Part shown: positions 12,298-24,517 of the stretch, piece after piece | How positions within the stretch are numbered: the stretch's first letter is position 1 | Layout of the letters: each line of letters starts with the position of its first letter | Source of the DNA: Marsupella aquatica | Taxonomy: Eukaryota > Plantae > Marchantiophyta | Direction of reading: 5' to 3' | Assembly: GCA_973895155.1 (NCBI GenBank) | Contig: OZ316893.1 | Location: 6,596,963 to 6,660,962 of the forward strand | DNA length: 64,000 nt | Notes under the pieces: model-generated | Databases searched by the model: none | What the model saw: the letters and a program-made list of their open reading frames with translations, nothing else | Told to the model about the DNA's origin: nothing | Made by a program: the position numbers and the translations under genes

Positions 12298-15200
12298 CTA
12301 CGAAGGCAAAGACTGTAAAGCTAGCATCTCTACGAATCTAGCAAATTTAAGCCCTTGGAGGGGCTTTGTGAAACCATCTGCGGGCATAAGAGCCGTAGAT
12401 AGGTATTTCATCTCAATCACACCATCTTTGACTTGCTCACGAATGTAATGCCACTGAACTCCAATGTGCTTAGTGCGGAAATGATGCTCGGGATTGTATG
12501 TGAGAGAAATAGCCGGTTGGTTGTCACCATAGAGAATAACACGCTGGGCATCAGCCAGAGTATAACGTAAGTCGAAAAGTAACTGGCGCAGCCACACCGC
12601 TTCTTTACAAGCCAGAGAATAAGCTAAGTATTCAGATTCAGTAGAACTCGTTGCAGTTATCGGTTGCTTTCGAGATTTCCAAGAAATAGAGCCACCGCCA
12701 AGTTTAAAAAGATAGCCGCTAGTGGATTTTCGATCTGAGATATTGTCTGCAAAAGAAGCGTCGGAAAATCCAGAAAATCCCAAAGAATGGATCTCCAAAC
12801 CAGAAAAATCGTGGATACCAAAAGTGAGGCCCAGCTGTCGAGTGGTATTGAGATATCGAAAAACTGATCGAAGTGCACTTTCATGAGTCAAATCCGGATT
12901 ATGAGCAAATTGCCCAAGCTTGGAACACCGTTCAGCAATGTCGGGACAAGTCCAGACTGCAAGATAAAGCAAGGAGCCAATCATAGATTGATAGCGTTGC
13001 CTATCATTATCAGTCGCTTGAGATGTGGATGGAACAAGATCATCAATACCCGTGCTTGGAGAAGTAAGAGGTAAACTAGAATCAAGATGAAATCGTTGCA
13101 GGATCTTAAGAGTGTAAGGCGCTTGACCCAAATGTAGAGTGCCATGGGAATGATCTCGGGTAATGGTCATGCCCAAATAATCAGATAACTCACCAAGGTC
13201 TCTGAGTTCATAACGAGCAGTGAGCTTGTCACGAATGTTATGGATTCCAGATAAGGTTGGTGAGACAAAAATTAAATCATCAACCCAAAGGACGATTAGC
13301 TCCCCAACAGAATTTTGTAGGACACAGGGATCAGAAGGAAGTGGTATGAAACCAAAAGTAGCGGCATATTCCACAATCTCATGATACCACATTCGAGCAG
13401 ATTGTCGAAGACCGTAAAGAGCTTGAATAAGTAGCCATAAAAGCATGGCACCATTAGCATCATATGTCTCGTATCCAGGTGGAGGCCTGACGTATATTGG
13501 TGTCGGTGACTTCAGTAAGGCATAGATAAAAGCCGTGACTACGTCAAAGCTATGAGCCTCATAATTATGCATGGTGACTAGTGCCAGAATAGTGCGGAAA
13601 GTCTCAGGCCGGACAACAGATGCAAAAGTAGAATCGTAATCAATTCCAGGACGTTGCTTATCCCCTCGAACAACAAAACGTGCTTTGTAAAGTCCGTCAC
13701 GCTTAAGATTGTAGACCCATCGGGATGGTAACAGACGAGCACCAGCAGGTAGTGGTACTAGATGAGCCACTTTGAGTTTGTGGAGCTGATTGATTTCTTG
13801 TAATTCAGCTTCTCTCCAGTGAGCAGCATCGGGCCTTGCCATAGCTTGAGTGTGAGTGTTGGGAACATCCGAGGGAAAAGTGGAAAACAATGCACTGTGA
13901 TAAGAGTAAAGGAGAGTTGGCGGAGTGTTTATAAGAAGGTGTTGATGTAGAAGTAACTGAGAAGGCTGAGAGATAATAGACGTATCTCAAAAACGAACAG
14001 GAGGAACACCTTTATTGGATCGAGAAGAAACACGGGTGATCACGGGAGTGGCCTGCAAATCTGCATGTAGTTCCTCAAGTGGCGGAGTACCAAGCGGAGG
14101 AGGAATAATGGGAAGAAGTGATTGGTGAGGTGTTCCAATGTCAGGATTATCAGACGGACGAATAAGTCGGGGAACAAAAGAAGGGACAAAAATCTCCACA
14201 TAATCAGGGGAAGAAGAAACTGTAGACTTAGGAATTTGAAAAGACGAATCACGCTCAGATGTTTCATCAAAATGCACATAAGCGGATTGAATAATGGAGG
14301 AATTATGTGGAAACCAGATACGAAAATTTTGACCCGTGGCATAACCAACGAAGTAACCTTTTTTGGCCCGAGCAATAAATTTGTCACCACGGAGACGAGT
14401 CTCAGGAGGAATGTGAACATAGGCAAGGGCACCAAAAACATGAAGCCGGTCAAAACGGAAAACGTAAGGAAGGTGTAAAACGGTAGCAAGGCGAGAAGCA
14501 GGAGGCTCAGATAGAGGATTAACAGAAGTAGGTGAGTGATTAGCAAGGTATGTTGCCGTCAGAACCGCTTCTGGCCAAAGTAATTTGGGAAGATGAGAGT
14601 CAATCATCATGGCTCGGGCCTTAGCAGAAATAACTCCAATGGCGCGTTCAGCAATCCCGTTCTGTTCGTGATGATAGGGAGCAGAGTTGAAAATGTGTAC
14701 GCCTTGGTGTTCCAAAAAATCCTTTAGCTGATTGCCGCCAAATTCAAGACCATTATCAAGATGGACTTCAAGAATAGAAGATTTGTATTGAGTAGTTACC
14801 ATTTGAAAAAACTTTTGAATCAGCGCCAATGCCTCATTCTTGTAAGTCAAGGTCGTGGTCCACCGGTTACGAGAGAAATCATCAGTAATGACAAGAAAAT
14901 AATGCTTGTCACCAATGCCAGGAGTAGAAATTTTGCCGCAAAGATCGAAATGAACCTTTTGAAACGGGGCTGTAGCACGAGCGTGTGGAAATCGTGAAAT
15001 AATCCGAGTAGACTTGGCCAAGGCACATACTTCACAGTGTCAAAATGGAGTAGAATCAGAAAGTGTAATATGAAGACGTTGAAGAAGAGTATGAATGGCA
15101 GCCGGATGAAGGTGTGCCAATCTTCGATGCCAAATATTGATATCATCAGACTGTGAATGAGAAGATATTGCCAACTGAGTAGCTGGTAAAATCGTGAAAG

Positions 15201-16569
15201 TCTTCAGGCCATTATGTTTCTTGATGGTAGCAAATTCGTCACCGGTAGGAGAGTGAATGAACTTCTGAAGTTCACCGTTCCAAAAAATACAGCATTGCTC
15301 AAGCAGATCTTCAGAAATGGTGTTAAGAAAACTGGATGGCATGTATCGAACATTACTAAGTTCTGTTTCCTTGGAAGAACCATCAGATTGTTGTATTTGA
15401 AGGATGACTGAGCCTCGACCAGGGGAAATAGTAGATCCTGAACCGGTATTGATTGGAAGGGGATCAGGAGTGTACGTAGTAAAACTGGCTCGATTGTTAC
15501 AAAAATGATGACTAGCGCCCGAATCAGGAATCCAAACGTCAGGATGGAGACCAGGGGTTAACTGATGATTAAATGCAACATGGAGGTTGCCAGAGAAAAG
15601 ATCCACAGTTTCTCCATCATGAAGATGTGTTGGAGTATTAGTAGAGACAAAAGGAACGGAGGAAGAGGCAACACTGAGTATAGAACGATTAGCAGGGACA
15701 CGGGTCTGTAATCGTTTTAAAATGCTGGGATGAGGTTGCCAGCCTTCAGGCCTGATATGTGTGTGTTTGTAAAAACAACGATCATCTCTATGACCAGGAA
15801 TGCTACAGAAAATACAGGTATCACGTTTCAAAGGTTTCTTGGAAGATGAGGATACGGTAGGTGACGGAGAAACAACTGGAGGATTAGGAAACGAAGAAGT
15901 AGTCTGGAGTTGGAAAACAGAAGAGGATAATGCATTGTCCTGTTCCAAATTCAATCGCCAACATTCGTCCGTAAGGTCACGAATAAGAGCAGCAAGAGAT
16001 GGAAGTGTCTTCGGTGAAGTGCGCATCTGCTCCCGCTTAGAGAAAGACCAGTTTGAAAAGTGACGTTCTACACTGCTTATAAAATGTAAAGATTTGATGT
16101 CATCATCAAGCTTAATACCGACACTCTGAACACGCTCCAATGCTGATCGATACGTATTGCAGTATTCTTCTATCGGTTCTCCATTATAAAGCATTCTAGC
16201 ATAATGTGCCCAAACGTCAAATTTCTGGATAATTCCTTCAGAAGCGAAGGCATCAGCCAGGTTAGTCCAGCATTCCTGAGCAGTTGTAGCATGATCGAGG
16301 GAGAACTGAATGCTTTCGGAACAAGTGGAAAGAATTATGTTCCTGGCCTGCGCTTCCTTAAGATCATGAGTATCAAGTCGTTCTTGGAAAACATAATCAA
16401 GTTCGGCAGGGCGTTGGATAGGAGCAATGGCAGTGCCATCGATGTATTTCCAGACACCGGATGCACGAATAGTTGCACTGATGTTACGTTTCCAAGATTT
16501 GTAGTTAGAACTACCTAGAAGGTGGAGGACCAAATGAATGTTGTAGCCTCCCGTGAAATTGGAAGGCAT
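12298..16569 (-). pseudogene. gag-pol polyprotein of copia element 1, single frame with two in-frame TGA codons
   Basis: ORFs 15040-16677, 13987-15021 and 12298-13890 share one frame (first ATG 16569). Zinc knuckle CIFCSIPGHRDDRC, protease WIPDSGASHH, HHCC (WHRRLAH..HCEVC), integrase D-D-E (HFD..DNG..NGIAER), RT YKARFVVRG / LYGLRQS / LWVDD, RNaseH FSDASFA..RTKHI..ADGFTKPL. Internal stops at 15040-15042 and 13987-13989. Confidence 0.93.
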
Positions 16570-16710
16570 GGTGTATGAAAATAGTGACGCAAAACTAGAT
16601 CCAGATGCAGAAAAAACTAGCGGAAACCAGCAAGAACTACTGCTTAGTGACAGGAAATCACTCAGACTAGAATGCACGGATTAGTCATGAAAGAGTGTTG
16701 TAGACTTCAA

Positions 16711-16723
16711 CTGGCCCATAACC
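16711..16723 (-). promoter_or_regulatory. Primer-binding site for half-molecule tRNA-iMet (GGTTATGGGCC)
   Basis: Minus strand reads TCACA|GGTTATGGGCCAG directly after the 5' LTR. This is complementary to the anticodon arm (GGCCCAUAACC) of initiator tRNA-Met, the priming mode known for Drosophila copia, yeast Ty5 and Osser. Confidence 0.85.
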
Positions 16724-16980
16724 TGTGATTGACAGTCGTGATCGACAGGAAAAACTCTTGCACAAAAGATGGAATGAAAATAATGCGTACTGCTTTCATT
16801 CAAGAGAGAGAACAAATAGATGTCAAAATGGACATCAAGATTTTTTCCCCGGAAAAGGCAGAAGGGGAAAAGTAAAAAACTCCAGGTGAAAAGCCAGTGG
16901 GGGCGCGCCTGGGGTAGCGTAGAGTCTAAACTAAAACAGGTGTCAAGATAACAGGAGATCAACAAAAGAGGTAAACGACA
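16724..16980 (-). repeat. 5' LTR of copia element 1
   Basis: Direct repeat of 12008-12264, TG..CA ends, adjacent PBS. Confidence 0.95.
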
Positions 16981-18654
16981 CCAGGGTCTCATGAGATGCT
17001 GAGAATGCTGGTAGGATTTTAGACTGACTCAGATTTGATCTGAATCTAACTCCTTTAGGAAGAAGTCTTTGCCTGTTGATGGGGTCCTCGTGATGTAGTG
17101 TAAAGAGATTTTTGTTTCCTTCAAGTGATTGATTTATGGTAGGAATGATATATCATATGGTCATTCTCTGTTTGATGCTAAAGTCACCACAACGTTGTCC
17201 TTTGTAGCTTAAGTTGAAAAAGCTGTGCCTTGTGGCAAATGATAACGGACTTGCACAAACGCCATTCAGAATACTACTTGACAACCTCTATTCATTCGTA
17301 CTCCCTAAAGTTGTGACTCAATGAAGAGGGCAAGCTTTTCTACCAGCATTCAGTGAATTGAAATTTGCTGGGAAACTCACAAGCTAGCTACTCACTCCTC
17401 GACTCTGATCATGTGACCTTGCAGAGGAGCAACAGCTTCGTAGAGATATTTCCGTTCATTTGTAACGGAGGCTCATTCCCGATTGTTCTGTCTTCAGTTC
17501 TATCCGACCAAATGGACAAACTTCGTGACCTATATAACCATTATACCGCTTTCTTCATTCTAGAGCGATCGTGTCCTATATAACCATTATACCAAAAGAT
17601 CTACACACCCAAAAAGCATGCCAGAACTAACGTCAACTATGGAGATGCTTCGTAGAATCCAGAATCAGCTGGACAGAGGATACCTAAGCGAGAAAGTATC
17701 CGTGCCGAGTTTGCCTTTATCCTCGGGCCCGTCCACATTTTCATGTTTCAGTGCGCTGTCTCATGTATACATCGTTAAGAACTCGTTTGGATCCAATTTC
17801 GATCCGTCTCCTGTGCATTCTTTAATGGTTTGTACACTCTATTGGTCCGTCGGGTGACTTTTCTTCCACTTGCCGTTTTCTGAGGTAGGTGGATCTTTTG
17901 GACAAAGGGAGCACGCTTTCCATCAGGGCATCGGGCGCTGTGTTCAACCTCTCGTCGGTCAAACAAATCTTACGTCATCAGGTCACTCATGGTACCATTT
18001 CGATGAGTGCAGAACCTGCTCTGGACCGTGGGCATGCTGCCCTACTCGATCAGTAACGAATTGTCCCTTGATGTCGTGAAACTGTGGCAGGGAAGCTTGA
18101 TAGAGATCGACATGAACAGCACTTTCTTTGGTCATAACAATTCGAAAAACTTCCGTTTACATGGTTTCTTGTCATGTCGTCGTCCAGGTCATTGAAAATA
18201 TTAAGTGGTGACGGCGGCGAGGCTTTAGAACAGGTGCAAATATATTGCGCACAAGGCAATCCTGAGCCTTGCTATAATTTAACGAAGAAACGCTACGATG
18301 ACCTCTCCTATGCGGGACGATGAGCCCTCTGCTTCCGACATCATGCCGGCGTTGAATGGGGCATGGTCGACAACCTGGGAGTCATCTCCGATTGTCTCAA
18401 GCGAGCCTACCTCGAGATTCCACCAGCACCGTAGTTGTTCCCCACATATCTCTATGTGTATTGTATATTTGTACACTGGTTCCACGTGACGTTGTGTTGA
18501 GCTATAATTTCCCAACAAATTATTATCCTACCACTTATAATGGTGTGAGAGATTAAGCGTGGACCATATGTTAGATCTAAGAGGGAATAAAAAGAACTAA
18601 TGCCAAATTTTTGAAGCTTCTATATTCTATATGGTCACATATCTCTATGTCAAT

Positions 18655-19245
18655 GTGGATTGTATACCCACCTCTCAGATTTTGTCTTACTCAGATTTTT
18701 TGTCATGTACTTTTATTTCAATGTGCCTTATGAATTGTCATGTACTTTTATTTCAATGTGCCTTATGAAGGGGGAGTCTTTGTATCATATACATTTTTAA
18801 TTAATTTTTAGACCCCTTTAATTTTAGATATTCTAGAGTATTTTGAACTTATTTTGACAGCCTCCTTATAACTTTTAAAGTTTGTGATCTCTTAGAGATG
18901 AAACCAAGGGCTCCACCACTTGCACTCAAGAGTGAGAGAAATGATTCTGAATAAGATGAACACATAGTGTCTTAAGTTCCCCTCATGTCTTTCTTTCCTA
19001 AATAAATTTATGGTTTTTATTGAAATGAATGTTATTCATAAGGCACATTGAATTAAGTGCACAAATCATAGCATAGTTGTGTCTTACAACTTGTGACTGG
19101 ACTTTTCATTGGTCATTGTGCTTTCTTGGCAGTCACTTTACTTACATTATTTTATCCTTCTAGTTAAGCTCTTATATTTTATTTACTTTCAGATCACTAC
19201 AAGACAAAAAATCAAGCATGTTCTAGGATGAGCATGTTATATATG
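18655..19245 (+). repeat. Dispersed AT-rich repeat family A, copy 1 (non-coding, probable non-autonomous TE)
   Basis: Clear reverse-complement match to ~32985-33345 (e.g. GACCCCTTTAATTTTAG, CTCTTAGAGATGAAACCAA, AACACATAGTGTCTTAAGTT) and weaker same-strand match to ~34050-34600 (AAGAGTGAGAGAAATGAT, CAAGACAAAAA..CATGTTCyAGGATGArCATG). Contains a 35-bp tandem duplication at ~18701-18769. Edges approximate. Confidence 0.7.
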
Positions 19246-19896
19246 GTCGCCTTGTGAAGCATCGCTCAGATTCCTAAACTTGGACATGAGTGTCCCTAGT
19301 TTCTCAAGATGGTAGTGGTATCATCACTCTCTTATGGCTAGCAAATAAACAGAGGTGACATGGTGCACATATTTTTATTACCCTCAAACAGTTGTCAACA
19401 AGGCTCTAATGTAAGGAACAGTTGTGCACCAAAGACATAGGAGGGGTATCTTGTATTTTTGTAAACTAGAACAAAAACCTGTGGGTATGCATTGAAAGGC
19501 ACAGCCAAAGTTCCCATGCCTGGAGGTCCCTACGTACTCGGCAAACGATGTCTAAATATCGGGGAGATTTTTATGAGACTACAGTGCAAGCTCTACAAAA
19601 ATCTAGGGTCTCCTGAATGGGATGGAAGAAAAGCAAACACTTCATTTTCATTAACTGGAGATGCACCTCTCCTTTAGCTTCCACTCCTCTATTCTCTTTT
19701 TTTGGCTGCTTGTGTGCACAGAGGTGCAGTCTTGCTTCCTCCAATCCTCAATAGACAGAAGCAATGATGCAGGACAATTGAGTGTTCTAGCAGAATGGTG
19801 CACCTAAGTTACCTTGTAGTGATGGGGCTGACCTTTGGGGTGAGGGTCACAATACGCCCAATGAACTAAAATAGAATGTGTGGGTACTGAGTATTC

Positions 19897-20240
19897 TGTT
19901 AGATATTGCTCTAGTCTTGTGACTCATGAGCTAACCACAGTTAGTCTAACTCGGGTTAGGACTTAGCTAATGTTAGCAGTTGTGCGGTTGTGCATATAGC
20001 CAGGGCTGAAGCCAGACCCTGGTGGAACTTAGGCTCATTGTTACAAAGCTAGTTGAGAGATAGGGAGAGCTTGCGTTGTGGATGCTTGGTATGGCCGGTC
20101 GGCCTAGAGTGCAGTAAAGCTCTTGTGTGTTCCCGTGGACGTAGCCTCATGTGGAGGTGAACCACGTATCTCTCTCTGTCGACTCTTGTGCGTTGGATGG
20201 TTCATGGGCTTGCCGTTGCGAATGTCGTCTATGCTCAACA
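19897..20240 (+). mobile_element. Solo LTR (344 bp) of the copia element 2 family
   Basis: Reverse complement of LTRs 37229-37572 and 44526-44869, same length, TG..CA ends, own 5-bp TSD TATTC (19892-19896 and 20241-20245), no PBS or PPT beside it. Confidence 0.95.
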
Positions 20241-20985
20241 TATTCAATGTACTCAGTAACAAACCCCGTAAGGGTTGGAAATGCTCAAAGCTCACCTCAA
20301 TTTCACTCATTTATTTTTAATTGTTGTAGGGAAAATTACCAAAACTACCCCATCCAACTTGCCTAATTTACAAAAGTGCCCTTCAAATCCATGGAATAAT
20401 TTGTGATAGAATTATAAGGTTCATGATGTACTCCATAGTGTGAAGCCATAGGCCATAAGTTATTGACAAAAGAGATAGTTACATGGTTCACTTGTCAAGA
20501 GTTCACGAGAATACTCAAAGAGAGCTTTACTAAACTCTAACCCCGTACATCGACCATATTGAGTCTCCACAAACCTAGCTCTTTGTATCTCTTACATGGG
20601 TCTGTAACAATGCGCAAAAATTTCAGTCAGTAATTAAATACTATTAGTGAATACAGTAGTGTTATATCTAACTTGAACCAATCATCTAATTAATAATTGA
20701 ACTAAATTATGATTTACTTACTCTAGATCTAAGACTATACAATCCTAATTTTTGGCTGTTCAAAGCGCTATAATGGCCAAAAATTACGATTGTATAGAAA
20801 CCCTCTTCGTGGAATATCCTTTCTTTTAGCATCGTATGAAAACCGTGTTCGTTCGCGTTTTGAGTTTTGAAGGAAGGACAACATTACTTTGTAAACAACA
20901 TGGGTTTGAGGGAGGAAGACAGTATGTAAGTCAGTAAGTGAGATCAAATCACTGGTACTTATTAATCTACAATGCAGCTCAAAGA

Positions 20986-21850
20986 ATCCATATCCTACAA
21001 TGTGGTCATGGTAGTGAGCGGACGGCGACACACGATGACATACGGGATGTGGTAGCCGCCATTGCTCGTGATTCCGAGTATCATGTTATGATGGAGCAAC
21101 GACATGTGTTACCACCCCGGGATGGAGTTCCGGACAGGCGTCGGGCTGATTTGGTTTTTTCTCGCGCTGGTGTTCGTGCCCTTGGGGATGTGGTTGTTGC
21201 TGACCCCACGAGTGGAGCCAATTTGGCGTCCGCTGCCCATATCCCGGATCATGCTGCCACGAGGGTTGCTTGCCTCAAGAAGGAGGCTTATGCTACGCGT
21301 TACCCAGGGGACCTTTTTTACCCATTTGCCGTGGAGGTCTTTGGAGCGCTGCACCCGATTTTTGACCATTTCTTGCGCTCCTGTGCGGTTCATTACGTCA
21401 AGTGGCGGCCTTATCCACCCGTCTCTGTTATCACAGCCTTTTTTTAGACAGCGGGTGTCCATTGCACTTCAGCGAGCACAAGCCTTCACTATCCTTCGTA
21501 GAGGAGAGGCGGTTGGAGTCAGGGCATCTAGTCGGATTCCCTTGCTTGACCCCCCTATGCAGTTCATGACCCCCCCTATGCAGTTCATGACGGAGCTTTA
21601 TCAGGCCCTTCACTTTGCGGTTGGGTAGTCTTTAGGTTTGTGTGTCCTTTGTTCTCCATGGGCTGGGCACAACCTGGTCTTTTTTGTTTTTGCACTTTGG
21701 CCTTTTGGCCTTTTTTTCTTGTTTTCCCTTTTTTCTTGTATCCCGGTTCAGCGTTTTTTGGCCATCCTGTATCCCGGTTCAGCGTTTTTTGGCCATCCTG
21801 TCTCCCGGTTCAGCGCCCCTGCTCTTTGGCAGTCTGGTATATATTCTCTT
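20986..21850 (+). mobile_element. 5'-truncated non-LTR retrotransposon with restriction-like endonuclease (CRE/R2-type C-terminus) plus 3' UTR
   Basis: Translation HILQC..R..HDDIRD (end of CCHC knuckle), RRADL..GDVVVADP..KKEAY..FYPFAVEVFG, then after a frameshift in the T7 run (21439-21445) RQRVSIALQRAQA..I, stop at 21628. T-rich 3' UTR with tandem 31-bp units (~21737-21816). No TSD found; edges approximate. Confidence 0.75.
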
Positions 21851-22437
21851 GGAATAGGCGGCTTGCAAGAAGAGCACTGAGCCACTCACTCAGTATCTGA
21901 TCTCCATCCGTTTTCACATCGAGGTTGTAGGTTCAATTTTTTTTCCGCAAGAGATTGGGATGCGATGCGACGGGAAACGAGATTCCGATTTCTCAACTCC
22001 TTCGAATGGGCGGGATACAATTTTGAGTGATCAGAATTGGAGCTGAGCTTGGCACTGGAGGCTTCTTTGTAGGGATGCGTAAAGACTGAGCCTTCTTTAG
22101 TGCTTCATCAACTATCACAGATCTCTATTCAACAGCCTTTGTCTGATCAAAGTTGACAGCTAATGGGGCAAGGTTGACAGAGCCAGAATGTAGGGACGTG
22201 TGGACAAAGAGAACGGCGATGGCGAGCTTCGGCAGACGAGAAGGGATGCAAAAGTATATAGAGATTGGGCTTATTATAAAATGTCTCGGCGAAGCAGATT
22301 CACTGGTTGTGCAAGGGTTTTAGGGTTCTTCTTCTGGAAGGATTGATTTATCTAGGTTTGGTTCCTCTGCTTCAACTTTTTGAGACTGGAGCACTGCAAG
22401 AGGGCAAATTTTCTGTCGTGGTGGTTTTACGTCCATA

Positions 22438-23423
22438 ATGACGCCAATGGCGGCAGGAGCTTCTTGCTCCCACATGCCGAGTCTAGCAGGAGGTCCTCTC
22501 AAGGGTTTCAGTTCCAATTCTCAGCGTCGTGATACCTGCCTGGGCGGAGTCCGATTTGTGGGCGTTGCCCTTGCATCCACCACCCTCGGCAATGATTTTT
22601 CGAGAAGGTTTAGGCTGCCCTCTGCCGCGAGGTGAGTTCCGCAAGAGCTCTGTGAGCTGGAATCAAGTTTTAATCAACAAAATTGGGTAGTGCAGATTGT
22701 AAATTCCAACATGAATCTACTAGACGGATGGTCTTTGCCAGAGTTCTAGGACTCATTTCTGCGAGAACGCTGATTCCTGGATTAACATAAAAGTTTAACT
22801 TGGGTGGTGCGATCGCCTCTCTTGATAGTCAGGATCATTGCTGGTTTTCTTTTACAAGAACACTGGAGGACTCTGCTCTCCTTTGCCAAAGTAAGTGTAC
22901 ATGAAGCGGTGTTGACATATGTCATATGGTCAATATCTGCAGTACCCTCCCGTCACGAGTCTACCCTGAATCGCCTTGCGTCTTGGTTTAATCTTGCAGA
23001 ATGGGAAGAGAGAAACTGGAGATAGTATCTGCACTGAATACAGGACCCACAACTCCAGAAGAGGACAGCGGTCCGTCCTTTGGGCTTGGAGCAACCCGTC
23101 TCAAGAGAATAATCCAGAGTGGGTCGGAAAACTTTGTGAGTAGATTCCAAAGGAGTAGAAAGAATTTTCCCACGAAGATTTTCCTTCTCCTTTTAGGTTA
23201 CTACTCAGCAAATGCATTGGCCACTGTTCTCGGTCAGACTGGAGACTGGGATGTGTTGGCTGCAGGGATCCTGGTGGCTCTTATTGAGGGTATTGGGTAC
23301 CTGATGTATAGGACGCCACCATTCCTTGGAGAACGGGGTAAGGAATTAGTTACTTTGGTCAACTTCTATAAATCTGGCTTCTCATTTGGTCTGTTTGTCG
23401 ATGCATTCAAACTGGGAAGTTAA
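22438..23423 (+). CDS. Ycf20-like (DUF565) plastid-targeted membrane protein, 2 exons, ~205 aa
   Basis: Exons 22438-22631 (AG|GTGAG) and 23000-23423 (TTGCAG|A) join in frame. Ser/Ala/Arg-rich transit-peptide-like N-terminus; conserved GQTGDWDV and C-terminal GLFVDAFKLGS* of Ycf20. Start may instead be ATG 22447. Confidence 0.88.
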
Positions 23424-24517
23424 GTCACAACTTGATCACTCTCAGATACCCCTTTCGGAGAAAATCAACATTTCTGGCTTCCAGAGTTGTCCATTCTGTG
23501 TTGATGTTGATGGTTTCATCCTGGAATTCTTCTGCGTGATAAAAAATGTAAGCATCAGTCGACTCATGAATCCAGCGTCTCGGCTGTATCTGAGAGAAGA
23601 CTCTGACACACGTGCAACTCCGTCTCAGGCTTGCTGTTGCTGTTTAGTTCTCCGGGGAATGATTCATGGGTACGAATTGTAATTGCCCGTTACATATTCT
23701 TTGGCTGTGTGAGTAATCTCAGAGTCCAATCAACATATCGCTTTTGTGTTACAGACTTGCTGAAATGGAGGTTTGCTAATTCGTGTGAGCGAGTGATCGA
23801 TTTTGATGAAACTTATGCCGCATAATTGACGCATGGTAGAACGAACAGCGATTTCTATAGAACGCTACAGTTTATCAGAGACTCTAATCTCATGGTTGGT
23901 GCAATTATCGAAATGGTAAGTGCAAGAAATTGTGCGTACATCATGTTGTTCGTAAAGGTTAGATTGATGAATTTCCCTCAGGGTTAAAATTTCGATAATA
24001 CACTATCAGCAAGAATTTGCTGAAGATGATTGTCGTTTTAGTGCTCCTGCCAGATTTTCAACGAATTGGAACTTACATAGTTGAATTCCACAAAGTCGAA
24101 GTACCACATCGTTGAAAATCTATACCACAATTAAAGATCATTCACTGTGCCATTGTGGTGCAGCCATTGTCCTTTCAATGTAAAATTCCCTTTGGACCCA
24201 TCAAGTACCGTCGATCATAGTGCTTCAACGGAACACAACAAAACTTGCGATGGAGCAACCATGGAGCTAGTCCCAATGCCCATCAGTAAATGCTCATTTT
24301 CCTCTCAAAGTTCAGCACAGAAACTTACTGTGGATTTTTTGCCCCACCACAAACTGACAAGCCTTTTTCATCATTCGCTGTGTCATTTTCCGAGACCGTC
24401 CAAGCGTGACCTTAAACATCCTGACAGCCATGGCCTTGCTCCGTCGCAGTTGGAGCTGTCCTTGATATAGAGGGTAGTGGGTTAGATCTGTCCACCAAAC
24501 TTGCAAGAATGCATGAA

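Larger units (their letters stand above)
12008..16980 (-). mobile_element. Full-length Ty1/copia LTR retrotransposon (compact, 4973 bp, very recent)
   Basis: Two 257-bp TG..CA LTRs (12008-12264, 16724-16980) with one visible mismatch; 5-bp TSD CCAGG at 12003-12007 and 16981-16985; domain order gag-PR-IN-RT-RNaseH. Confidence 0.97.

Noticed and set aside
17000-18560. Short ORFs beyond copia element 1 (also 54300-56900)
   Set aside because: No recognisable motifs or consistent splice pattern.
20329-20385. GGGAAAATTACCAAAACTACCCC, resembling a MULE terminal repeat
   Set aside because: No matching second end or TSD found nearby.
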